DNA from: an uncultured Eubacteriales bacterium | GTDB lineage: Bacteria > Bacillota > Clostridia > Christensenellales > CAG-1252 | Length of the DNA: 64,000 bases | Direction of reading: 5' to 3' | NCBI GenBank assembly: GCA_902797685.1 | Contig: CADBTQ010000007.1 | Coordinates: 7,290 to 71,289 of the forward strand | Program-made: the position numbers and the translations under genes | Part shown: positions 11,043 through 20,150 of the stretch, piece after piece | Numbering within the stretch: the first letter of the stretch is position 1 | How the letters are laid out: each line of letters begins with the position of its first letter | Notes under the pieces: model-generated | Seen by the model: only the letters and a program-made list of their open reading frames with translations | What the model was told of the DNA's origin: nothing | The model's database searches: none

Positions 11043-11292
11043 TATAGGCAAAGCCTATGATATACCCTTGGGGATATGATATAGACCTTCGGTCAATGAT
11101 ATACGGCTACGCCGCATGATATACGACCTACGGCCGTATTGCGGATAAAATCGAATAGATGGACTATTTGTCAAATCAAATAGACACCAAAATATCCCTC
11201 GAGGACTCGTCCCCGAGGGATATATCATATTCGAGCGCCGCTCGAATATATCATACCGCTTTGCGGTATATCATAGGCGCAGCCTATCTCAT
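11039..11292. repeat. Modular hairpin-array element, copy A1 (ATGATATA left arm / conserved core / TATATCAT right arm)
   Basis: ATGATATA occurs at 11039, 11057, 11076, 11096 and 11116, each followed by a different 3-5 bp GC stem with a 3-nt loop. The core contains TATTGCGGATAAA...TTTGTCAAATC...AATATCCCTCG. TATATCAT occurs at 11221, 11247 and 11267 (degenerate at 11285), separated by longer hairpins. Homologous copies lie at 48175-48447 and 52959-53250. Confidence 0.85.
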
Positions 11293-11305
11293 TGTGTCGA
11301 AGGCA

Positions 11306-12628
11306 CTACTTGCCCGATACGCCCAGTTTGCGCACCACCACCGAGGGGCAGCACACGCCGGACGGCAGGGACTTGCTGTCCGAGCCCACGGCGATCACGT
11401 CCCCAAAGAGGGACAACAGGTTGCCCGATACGGTCACGATATCCAACGCGCGATCCTTTTTGCCGTCCTTGATGAGGAAGCCGGTGGATTGCAGGGAGAA
11501 GTTGCCGCTTTGGGGGTTGAGCCCCGCGTGCAAGCCTTGTACTTCGGTGATGTACACGCCGTCGCCCACTTCGGCAAACAATTCCTCTTGGCTCTTTTTG
11601 CCGGGACGCAACACGAGGTAGGGAGAGCTAACGCCCACCGAAGAGCCGCGGCGATAGCCGTTGCCGGTGGATTGCACCCCCTCTTTGGCGGCGGTGGTCA
11701 GATTGTACAAATAAGTGTTGAGCACGCCGTTTTTGACGATGGGTTTGTTGCTTGTCGCCACGCCTTCGTCGTCAAACCAACGAGCGAACAAACTCTTGTC
11801 CAAAGGTCTGTCCTCGATGGTGACTTTGCTCGACGCCACCTTTTGACCCAATTTGCCGATGAGCAAGCTGGACTTCTTTTGCACTTCCTCGGCGGAGGCG
11901 TAATTGCAAAACACTTTGAGCAAGCTCGCCACCACGGACGGCGCCAGCACGGTCTTGTACTTGCCCGATTCGCAGGGTTCGCCGCCCAGTTGCGCCACCG
12001 TGTTTTCCACCACTTTGCGCGCCAATTCCTCTTCGTCCAATTCGTCGAAGTCGTTGCCGAACTTCATTTCGTAGTTGGATTTGACTTGTCCGTTTTCTTG
12101 CGCCACGGCGGCGCCATAGGTCACGAAGTAGTTGGACTTGCTGTGCAAATCGAGCCCCTTGGAGTTGAGCAGCAGCACTTCCTCGCTCGACTCGGAGTAA
12201 GCTACCGCCTCCACCTCGACGATACGGGGATCGCCCGCTTTGATCGCGGCTTCCAATTTGTGCATTTTGTCCAATTTGGTCTGGAAGGGGATATCGTGGA
12301 GCGCCTTGTTGAAGCTGGACACCTTTTTGTAGCGAGGAGACCCCTCGAAGATGACGATGGGATCCTCGTTTTCGATCACTTTGGCGTTTTGGACGATCTC
12401 TTTGACCAAATACGCGCACTTTTCTTTGCTGAAAGTGTCGCAGCTGGCGGCGCCCGCTTTGCCGTGGAGCAGTCCTCTGGCGTACACGTTTTGGGAGTCG
12501 TTGTTTTCGTAAGCGACTACCTCGCCGTGGAACAGTTGGAAGGATAGGGAAGTGGAGCGGTTGATGTACAACTCGGCTTCCTCCAACCCCGCCTCTTTTG
12601 CCATTTTGAAAAACAGATCGTACTTCAT
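11306..12628 (-). CDS. pmbA: TldD/PmbA-family metalloprotease, PmbA (TldE)-like subunit
   Basis: 440 aa. Family-typical N-terminus (..AELYINRSTSLSFQLFHGEV..). It overlaps the tldD-like gene by 4 nt, and the pair is a classic tldD/pmbA operon. Confidence 0.75.
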   Translation of the reverse strand: MKYDLFFKMAKEAGLEEAELYINRSTSLSFQLFHGEVVAYENNDSQNVYARGLLHGKAGAASCDTFSKEKCAYLVKEIVQNAKVIENEDPIVIFEGSPRYKKVSSFNKALHDIPFQTKLDKMHKLEAAIKAGDPRIVEVEAVAYSESSEEVLLLNSKGLDLHSKSNYFVTYGAAVAQENGQVKSNYEMKFGNDFDELDEEELARKVVENTVAQLGGEPCESGKYKTVLAPSVVASLLKVFCNYASAEEVQKKSSLLIGKLGQKVASSKVTIEDRPLDKSLFARWFDDEGVATSNKPIVKNGVLNTYLYNLTTAAKEGVQSTGNGYRRGSSVGVSSPYLVLRPGKKSQEELFAEVGDGVYITEVQGLHAGLNPQSGNFSLQSTGFLIKDGKKDRALDIVTVSGNLLSLFGDVIAVGSDSKSLPSGVCCPSVVVRKLGVSGK

Positions 12629-14028
12629 AGTTTGAGTTCTCCTCCTCTGCCGCCGACGGTGATCTCGCTCACCCTCAAAGTGGGTTGCCCCACGTTGGTG
12701 CGAATGCTACCGCTCGCGGCGCCGCACATACCTTGTCCCAATTCCAGATCGTTGGCGACCATATCGATCTTTTGCAGTATCTCGTTGCCCTTGCCGATCA
12801 AGGTCGCGCCCTTGACGGGCTCGCAGATCTTGCCGTCGCGAATGATATACGCTTCCGAGCAACCGAAGTTGAATTCGCCCGTGGTGGGGTCGACCGAGCC
12901 GCCGTTGAAGCCCACGGCGTACAGTCCCAACTTGGTGGCGGCGATGATCTCCTCTTTGGTGGACTTGCCATTTTCGATATAGGTGTTGCTCATACGCGAG
13001 GTGGGACAATAGCGGTAGTTTTGCCTGCGGCAAGCGCCGTTGCCCTCACGCCCCATGCGGCGACCGTTGAAGTCGTCCACCATGTAGTCCACCAAGATAC
13101 CGTCTTTGATGAGTTGACGTTTGGATCCCAAGTTGCCCTCGTCGTCGATGTCGATGGAGCCCCAAGCCCCGGGAATGGTGCTGTCGTCCACCGCGCTGAC
13201 CACCTTGCTGGCGATGGGTTTGCCGTACATCCCGTTAAAGCAGCTCAAGCCCTTGGCGATAGCCGACGCTTCCAAGGGGTGTCCGCACGCCTCGTGGAAC
13301 AGCACGCCGCCCCAACCGTTGCCGATGACGACGGGCATACGACCCGAGGGACATTCGGCGGCGGTCAACATGAGTAGCGCCTTGTTGGCGGCTTTGAGCG
13401 CGGTGTCTTTGGGGGTGACTTTGGTGCGGAAATAGGAAATATCCTGTTGCGCGCCCGGTCCCTCGTACGCCGACTCGAATCCGTTTTGATCGGCGGCGAT
13501 GACTTGATACATCATACGGCCGAACTCGCTGTCCCGCTTGAACCACTTGCCCTTGCTGTTAAATACCGCCACGAAGCGATGATTGTTGAGGAAGGTGCCG
13601 GTGTAGCGCACGATGCGTGGATCGCCAAGATCGGCAATGGCTTGGGTGCCCTCGCGGATGAGGGCGATCTTGTCTTCTTTGGAGACGTCGTCGTAACTAT
13701 GTACGACGGGGTTGCGGTTTTTGGCGCGGATCTGGGTGAGGTCTTCCACCGAGAGTACTCTCTCCCCGTTAAAGCGGTTTGCCAGCGAGCCCGCCAAGCC
13801 GATCAACCCCTTGCGGGTGAGGTCGTTGGTGTAGCCGTACACGCTCTCGTTGCCTCGGAGCAAACGGATCCCCACGCCTTGGGTGGAGTTGGAGCTCGAG
13901 CGTTCTACTTTGTTGTTTTCGATCTCCACCGAATAGGCGGTCGAATCCTCGTAGAATATCTCGGCGTAGTCCGCTCCCGAACGCAAAGCTTCGTTAAGGA
14001 CGTCTATCGCTAATTTTTTACTGATCAT
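12625..14028 (-). CDS. tldD: TldD-family metalloprotease
   Basis: 467 aa with the HExxxH-type motif FHEACGHPLE. Paired with pmbA. Confidence 0.85.
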   Translation of the reverse strand: MISKKLAIDVLNEALRSGADYAEIFYEDSTAYSVEIENNKVERSSSNSTQGVGIRLLRGNESVYGYTNDLTRKGLIGLAGSLANRFNGERVLSVEDLTQIRAKNRNPVVHSYDDVSKEDKIALIREGTQAIADLGDPRIVRYTGTFLNNHRFVAVFNSKGKWFKRDSEFGRMMYQVIAADQNGFESAYEGPGAQQDISYFRTKVTPKDTALKAANKALLMLTAAECPSGRMPVVIGNGWGGVLFHEACGHPLEASAIAKGLSCFNGMYGKPIASKVVSAVDDSTIPGAWGSIDIDDEGNLGSKRQLIKDGILVDYMVDDFNGRRMGREGNGACRRQNYRYCPTSRMSNTYIENGKSTKEEIIAATKLGLYAVGFNGGSVDPTTGEFNFGCSEAYIIRDGKICEPVKGATLIGKGNEILQKIDMVANDLELGQGMCGAASGSIRTNVGQPTLRVSEITVGGRGGELKL

Positions 14029-14137
14029 GCGTATCCTCCATAAAAAGGTTTTTCTTCATTATACCATATCAAAAAAACAAAAAACAAATCCGCTCGCCCC
14101 CATCTCGCAAAAAAAGTGTGAAAAATGTGGAAAAATC

Positions 14138-14171
14138 GGGGGGGGGGGGGGGTACTTGAAAAAAAAAAAAA
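14138..14171. repeat. Back-to-back homopolymer tracts: G15 (14138-14152) and A13 (14159-14171)
   Basis: Counted directly in the tldD/lipoprotein divergent intergenic region. The A tract starts inside a TTGAAA -35-like hexamer (14156-14161). Confidence 0.9.
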
Positions 14172-14273
14172 CGCGGAGGAGAATAAAAATATAGAAAGGC
14201 GAATGATACGCATTTAAGTGGATATGACCCACGCTTTTCGTTTATTTTCGCCCGCGTGCGTTAAGGAGAAAAA

Positions 14274-15317
14274 ATGAAAAAAAGATTTTGTTTGTCGTTG
14301 ATCGTCGCGTTGCTTGTCGCCCTCGCTCTGTGCGTGGGACTTTGCGGATGCAAGACGTCCGATACCCACACGTATTCCGTTTTTCAGAAAGAAGTCGATG
14401 AAGTATGGAACGCGGTGTCGCAACAAGAGGCTTTGCGTTTTGACGTGCGCATGATCGTCGCCGGGGAGCAGTCCCCTTCGTTGCTTAACGCGACGATACG
14501 GCAAAAGGGAGAATACGGACCTTGGGCGAGGGTGCAAGTCGGGCAAAAAGAGTATATTTTGTGGGATGATTCGGTCTGGGAGCCGGTGGGCGATACGTGG
14601 CGGCACACGGACCTTGACTCCTTGACTGCCGACGGTAGCGCGGTAATGTCCCTTGACGAAACGCTCGACCTTGTTCCGGCAGGCGACTTCGACCTGCCGT
14701 ATCGACTCACGCGCACCGAGGAGGACGAGGAAACGCTAAAGTACAGATACCAATTTGAGGCGAACGACTGGGCAAGTCTCTTTGCGCTGATCGGCGGGTT
14801 TGACGCGGAGATCGCGTCGATGAAAGACGAGTTAGCCGCTTTGGGCTATGACGTAAGCATATCCGGACTCTATGTGGAGCTTACCGTCAAACGGGGGCAG
14901 TTGACCGAGTTGACTTGCGGCTATACGATGGCGGTGGCACTCGGACCAAAATCGTCGGACGACGATAACGTCCAAATGATACCCGTGCAGCTTATCATGG
15001 CCTGCGATTATCCCGAGGAATGCGTCCTGCCGAGCGCCATGGTCGAATTGGCGAACGATAATGCTCGCCCCTTGCAACAGGTACCTCTGTGCGTTAAGAG
15101 CGTGAGAGATACTATTCGTCCCACCAAGGAAAAGCCCTCCCAGTACAACGTCGTGGACGGAGTAGAGGTGTCGGTCTACAACGATAAACGCGACGCTTGC
15201 GTCGTGGGTAGTAGGTTGTGGGCGGTCGATTATAAAACTGTGCGGGTGTATGCGTTGCCGGGCATGAGCGAGTGGTCAATTTGGAACTCAACCGTGCCGT
15301 TAGTCTCAAAAGTTTGA
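14274..15317 (+). CDS. Lipoprotein of unknown function, probably the 5' part of a disrupted paralog of 16047..17858
   Basis: Signal peptide plus lipobox MKKRFCLSLIVALLVALALCVGLCGCK. RBS AAGGAG. The signal-peptide DNA is nearly identical to that of the downstream gene. Confidence 0.6.
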   Translation: MKKRFCLSLIVALLVALALCVGLCGCKTSDTHTYSVFQKEVDEVWNAVSQQEALRFDVRMIVAGEQSPSLLNATIRQKGEYGPWARVQVGQKEYILWDDSVWEPVGDTWRHTDLDSLTADGSAVMSLDETLDLVPAGDFDLPYRLTRTEEDEETLKYRYQFEANDWASLFALIGGFDAEIASMKDELAALGYDVSISGLYVELTVKRGQLTELTCGYTMAVALGPKSSDDDNVQMIPVQLIMACDYPEECVLPSAMVELANDNARPLQQVPLCVKSVRDTIRPTKEKPSQYNVVDGVEVSVYNDKRDACVVGSRLWAVDYKTVRVYALPGMSEWSIWNSTVPLVSKV

Positions 15318-15966
15318 GCCCGGATCTGGTCGCTTTGTGTTTGCAGGGCAACACGTTTGAGGTGTACAGCGCCGTAAGTTACCGGTTGTTGTTACGCAGA
15401 AACGGTACGCCATTGTGTGCCGACGAACATTACGTTTACTATGCCAAACAAGGTGCGGGGGTTTGGCGGTGTATCGCATAGCCCGTGATACGGGTGCGGA
15501 AACGCCGATATGTCGTCCCCAAGAGATCCCGTCGGGTTATAGCGTAGACGGAGGCGTCGTGTTGCAAGACGGACACTCGGCATGGCGTTTTGACCAAGAC
15601 GGAAGCGAGAGCTATTGCGTCGCCCTTCCTTTAGGCGGCGTGTGGCTCAACACCGTCGATTCCCTCGTCAACGTCTAGCAGGGCAAACGATTGGACTTCG
15701 TCACGGGCATAGTGGGCGATCGGGATCGTTGTGAATACGTCATTCCCGAGGGGAAAGGCACCGTCTTGGACTGCCTTGCCGTTATGGGCGACTTGGACGT
15801 GATCCGGCTTGACGTCACGGGGGTCGGTGCGCGGCACTTCGTATATAACCGCACGACCGATACGCTCGGCAGGCAGTTGCCTGTTACTTGCACCCAATAC
15901 GTTTATCTCGACCAACATTATTTTGTGGGTATAGCAAGCGGCAAGATCATCGTCGTTTGGCACTAA
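15272..15966 (+). pseudogene. Frame-shifted or interrupted continuation of the upstream lipoprotein gene (fragments in two other frames plus an in-frame stop)
   Basis: ORFs 15272..15481, 15415..15678 and 15691..15966 resemble the C-terminal half of the 603-aa paralog. For example, FEVYSAVSYRLL..PLCADEHYVYYAKQ compares with YEIYSVADGSFV..PLALTQDHLFYVHEQ. Confidence 0.4.
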
Positions 15967-16046
15967 TCGCCGACGTTTATTTCGGCGTCGGCGCAAATCA
16001 ATTTGTACATTATAGACTGTTATCCGATCGATAAAGGAGGATCGAT

Positions 16047-17858
16047 ATGAAAACGAGACGTATCGCAGTAGCCCTCGTCGTTTGCATTGCGCTGCTTGTC
16101 GCCCTCGCTTTGTGCGTGGGACTTTGTGGATGCAAATCCGACGAAGAAAAACGACAGGAAGAGTACCAAGGGTATTTCGACGAGATCAATGAGTCCATGC
16201 AAAAAGTGTTTGAGCAGGAACAGATCTCCATGAAAATGAAGCTGACGGCAACGGGAGACGACGGCAAAAGCGATCCCGTTACTTCGTCGTTGACGGTGGT
16301 GCAAATGGACTCTTTCGTCAGTGAGTTCGGTACGCCGTGCGAGCGGCTTCGTATAGGGGGCGTTCCCTTGTATGCGTTCGAGGACTTTTTGATCGCGCAG
16401 TCGGGACGGGAGATCAAGACCGTCTCTTGGGACGAGGTGCCGTCTTATCTGAGACCAACGGCAAAAGAAACGATGGACAAACAGATCGTCGACCCCTTGT
16501 ATGAAATGCCGGACAATATCCACTGCACGATGACCAAACGACAACAACAAAACGAAGTCACGTATACGTTGGCTTTCGATTCGTTGATCGAAGACGTTTT
16601 GGCGATGATGGACGAGGACGTAAGGGCGGAAGTCAAAAAGGCGTTTGCGGACGTTAAAGTCAATGCCGATTGCCAAGTGTCGTTCGTCGTGACGGACGGG
16701 CTTTTGACGTTACAGCAAATCACCGCATGCGCGGACATCGACGACACCAAAGTGACGTTGACTTCCGCCGTGACGTTTGAGTATGACGCCGACCCCGTTA
16801 TTTCCGACAGCGTGCGTACCGAATATCAACTGGCTATGGGGACGCTCCACTTCGTCGAGAGGGTCACCCCCGCCGAAGAGGGGGTGGGCTTACCCCTCGC
16901 CGACGGCGGTCGCGGCGAAAAAAAGTATGAGTTGGGAAAGGTGATTTCTCCCCTCAACACGGTCTTCCGTAACGACCGATATCTCTTGATGGCGTCTTAC
17001 GACAAGATCGTGGCTTACGACCTCGACACGTTGACGATGGCGTATACAGCCGATCTTCGCAAAAAGAGTACTGTAAGCGCATGCGGCGACGGATACGTTG
17101 CGGTGCGTTTCGTCGACTTGCCCTTTTTGGGATACGAGATCTATTCGGTGGCGGACGGGTCCTTCGTTTGCCGCGTGGCGGACAGACCGCTCGCGCTGAC
17201 GCAAGATCATCTCTTTTACGTGCATGAACAAGCGGTCGGCAAAAGCAGAGAAAAAGAAATGCAGGTCAAAGTCCTTGACCGCAACACCAAAGAGGAAGTT
17301 ACGGTGGATACTTTGCCCCAGCACAAATGGTTGGGTACCCCCGTCGCGTACGTGCTCGATCAAGAAAAGGTTTTATTCGTCTCCATCTCCCGTTACAGCG
17401 GGCCCAACGCCTATTACGGCTTCGATCTGACCACGGGCGAATTGCTGTACAACGAAAGGGCTTCTTGGCGCAATTCGTGGGAGAACGTGGACGGGGATAT
17501 GGTGCAAGCCTACCCGGGTGGTTGGCGGTATCGCAACGGCGCCATGGTGCGCACCGCCGAAAAGATCGCCGTTGACGTGAAGACGGGGGTCGGCAGTCAA
17601 TACGTCGCGCCCAAATACCCGCCCCTCACCGTCGGAGACAAGCAGTACGAACACGCACGCACGGCAGCGGACGTCGGAAGATATGCGGTCGTGACTTTGC
17701 ACGATACGGACGGTTTCGGATACTTTTATTTGTTTGACAAGCAAGAGCAAAAGTATCTCTGCCGTTTGGATGACGATTACGGCGAGGGTTTGATGTTGGA
17801 CGAGGATACCATATTCTTGTTCGGGGCGTATTTCGCCGGGCTGATAGAACTGAATTGA
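16047..17858 (+). CDS. Lipoprotein of unknown function (603 aa), intact paralog
   Basis: MKTRRIAVALVVCIALLVALALCVGLCGCK lipobox. RBS AAGGAGG. The C-terminal half is beta-rich and repeat-like. Confidence 0.75.
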   Translation: MKTRRIAVALVVCIALLVALALCVGLCGCKSDEEKRQEEYQGYFDEINESMQKVFEQEQISMKMKLTATGDDGKSDPVTSSLTVVQMDSFVSEFGTPCERLRIGGVPLYAFEDFLIAQSGREIKTVSWDEVPSYLRPTAKETMDKQIVDPLYEMPDNIHCTMTKRQQQNEVTYTLAFDSLIEDVLAMMDEDVRAEVKKAFADVKVNADCQVSFVVTDGLLTLQQITACADIDDTKVTLTSAVTFEYDADPVISDSVRTEYQLAMGTLHFVERVTPAEEGVGLPLADGGRGEKKYELGKVISPLNTVFRNDRYLLMASYDKIVAYDLDTLTMAYTADLRKKSTVSACGDGYVAVRFVDLPFLGYEIYSVADGSFVCRVADRPLALTQDHLFYVHEQAVGKSREKEMQVKVLDRNTKEEVTVDTLPQHKWLGTPVAYVLDQEKVLFVSISRYSGPNAYYGFDLTTGELLYNERASWRNSWENVDGDMVQAYPGGWRYRNGAMVRTAEKIAVDVKTGVGSQYVAPKYPPLTVGDKQYEHARTAADVGRYAVVTLHDTDGFGYFYLFDKQEQKYLCRLDDDYGEGLMLDEDTIFLFGAYFAGLIELN

Positions 17859-17878
17859 CGGACGTTTTTAAGTCCAAA

Positions 17879-17925
17879 CAAAAATCCTTCGCCCGAGGAC
17901 GGACGAAGGATTTTTGGTATAAGTC
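17879..17925. terminator. Bidirectional rho-independent terminator between convergent genes
   Basis: AAAAATCCTTCG...CGAAGGATTTTT: an 8-bp GC-containing stem flanked by an A-run and a T-run. Confidence 0.6.
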
Positions 17926-17928
17926 GGG

Positions 17929-18660
17929 CTATACCCCTTGATCGTGATCTTCGGGACGGCGATGTTTGCGCTCCTCTTGGGGGAGGGGTTCGTCGCCCGC
18001 CATAGCGGCTTGATCCAAGCCGATCATGTCTTTGACGATCAAATTGTCGTCCTGTTTGTGCGCCGAGAACTTGCGCATGATCACGAACTTGTTGCCCAAG
18101 AAGCTGACGACGAACGCCGCGATGCCCGCGACCATTTGGGCGATGAGGTTGTAGATGGCGACCACGATGCCGGTGGCGTCAGGATCCGCTTTGGCAAAAG
18201 CGCCCGTGATACCGCCGCCGATCGCGGTCTGCATCAAGATGATGAGCACCGCCATCACGGTATAGGCGATGGCGCGGAAAACCACGTGATCTTTGACGTT
18301 GAAGGTCTTTTTGCGGTTGAGGATAAAGGTCAAAGCCTGTCCTGCGAACGATCCCACCAAAAAGCCGATGAACTCGCCCAAGCCCTTTTCGGTATAGTCG
18401 AAGATAAACCACTCGAACGGGGAGGACATATTGGGATCCGCCGCTCTCAAAATGATGGGCAACACCAAGGTGATGATCATCTGAGAGACGCCGCAGATCA
18501 GACTGAACAGGAAAAATAACACCATTTGACGGATGTTTTCGTGCGTTTTGATGTAGTGGATCAATTTTTTGATGCCCTTGAGTTGCTCTTGGGGGGCTTG
18601 TTGTTCTTGGGGCGTTTGCTCCGCTTGCTCCTCTTGGGGGGCTTTGACTTCCTCTTCCAT
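17929..18660 (-). CDS. GtrA-like four-TM membrane protein with a Q/E-rich N-terminal tail
   Basis: Four predicted TM helices and ..FILNRKKTFNV.. / ..FLGNKFVIMRKF.. motifs reminiscent of the GtrA family. The start was placed at MEEEV (18660), which sits behind AAGGAG. Confidence 0.5.
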   Translation of the reverse strand: MEEEVKAPQEEQAEQTPQEQQAPQEQLKGIKKLIHYIKTHENIRQMVLFFLFSLICGVSQMIITLVLPIILRAADPNMSSPFEWFIFDYTEKGLGEFIGFLVGSFAGQALTFILNRKKTFNVKDHVVFRAIAYTVMAVLIILMQTAIGGGITGAFAKADPDATGIVVAIYNLIAQMVAGIAAFVVSFLGNKFVIMRKFSAHKQDDNLIVKDMIGLDQAAMAGDEPLPQEERKHRRPEDHDQGV

Positions 18661-18834
18661 AGTCTGCTCCTTAACGTGGGATAGTCCCATTATAAAACAA
18701 TCGCGCGGGCACTGTCAATAGCCAAAACGACCTCTTGCGCACCACCTTAGCGCGGTTTGAGGGGTCGGGAGCGTAGAAAAGGTTATCCACTTGTCAACAT
18801 TAACAAAAATTAATAATTTGCCTTTATCACCAAT

Positions 18835-18863
18835 TTGACTACCAAAAAAGGCTGTGTTACAAT
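18835..18863 (+). promoter_or_regulatory. Putative str-operon promoter TTGACT-N17-TACAAT
   Basis: Hexamers read directly, 55 nt upstream of the L7Ae-like gene. Confidence 0.5.
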
Positions 18864-18917
18864 GTCTTGTGCTTGTAGGAAGTACAAGTATGTATCATAA
18901 TGCATTGAGGTGTACTT

Positions 18918-19181
18918 GTGTCTACGGGCGTCAATGATTTAATTGCTAGTAACCCCGATCGACTTGTCGGGCTGAAACAGGTCGTGAGAGGTATTGCCGA
19001 CGGCAGTGTATGGTGTGTCATAGTGTCGTTGGATTGTGACGATTTTGTCAAACAAAAGGTGGAGGAAGCCATCGGCAACCGCCAAGTGGGGCTCAAATAC
19101 TTCGATACCAAGTCGAAGTTGGGCGCCTTGGTGGGGATCGAGGTGCCCGCCGCCGTAGTGGGACTGCTTCGTCACGACTAG
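18918..19181 (+). CDS. L7Ae-family ribosome-associated protein (YbxF/RplGB-like)
   Basis: 87 aa with a GTG start. It sits immediately upstream of rpsL, as ybxF does in Bacillus. Sequence ..LVGLKQVVRGIADGSVWCVIVSLDCD..KLGALVGIEVPAAVVGL. Confidence 0.7.
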   Translation: MSTGVNDLIASNPDRLVGLKQVVRGIADGSVWCVIVSLDCDDFVKQKVEEAIGNRQVGLKYFDTKSKLGALVGIEVPAAVVGLLRHD

Positions 19182-19243
19182 ACGTTGAGCGACCTCAGGG
19201 TTGGTGGAAGCTCATCCGATTATCTTAACAAGGAGGAAAACAA

Positions 19244-19615
19244 ATGCCAACAATCAATCAGTTAATTAGGCACGGTAGAGAAAAGCAAACCAAGAAGACC
19301 ATGTCTCCTATTTTGCAAAAGTGTCCCCAAAGGCGCGGCGTGTGCTTGTCGGTGACCACGACTACCCCCAAGAAACCTAACTCGGCTATGCGTAAGATCG
19401 CACGTGTCCGCTTGTCCAACGGCATGGAAGGTACCGTCTATATCCCCGGTATCGGCCACAACCTGCAAGAGCACAGCGTCGTGTTGATCCGTGGCGGACG
19501 TGTCAAGGACTTGCCCGGTGTTCGTTACCATATCGTGCGTGGCACTTTGGATACGGCAGGCGTTGCAAAACGTATGCAAGCCCGTTCCAAGTACGGCGCA
19601 AAACGGCCTAAATAA
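19244..19615 (+). CDS. rpsL: 30S ribosomal protein S12
   Basis: [14 protein letters not shown]...; canonical sequence and operon position. Confidence 0.97.
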   Translation: MPTINQLIRHGREKQTKKTMSPILQKCPQRRGVCLSVTTTTPKKPNSAMRKIARVRLSNGMEGTVYIPGIGHNLQEHSVVLIRGGRVKDLPGVRYHIVRGTLDTAGVAKRMQARSKYGAKRPK

Positions 19616-19643
19616 TCATCAATCGGATGACCGAATCAACTAA

Positions 19644-20132
<489 letters not shown>

Positions 20133-20150
20133 TTTTGAGAGGAGCGAGTC

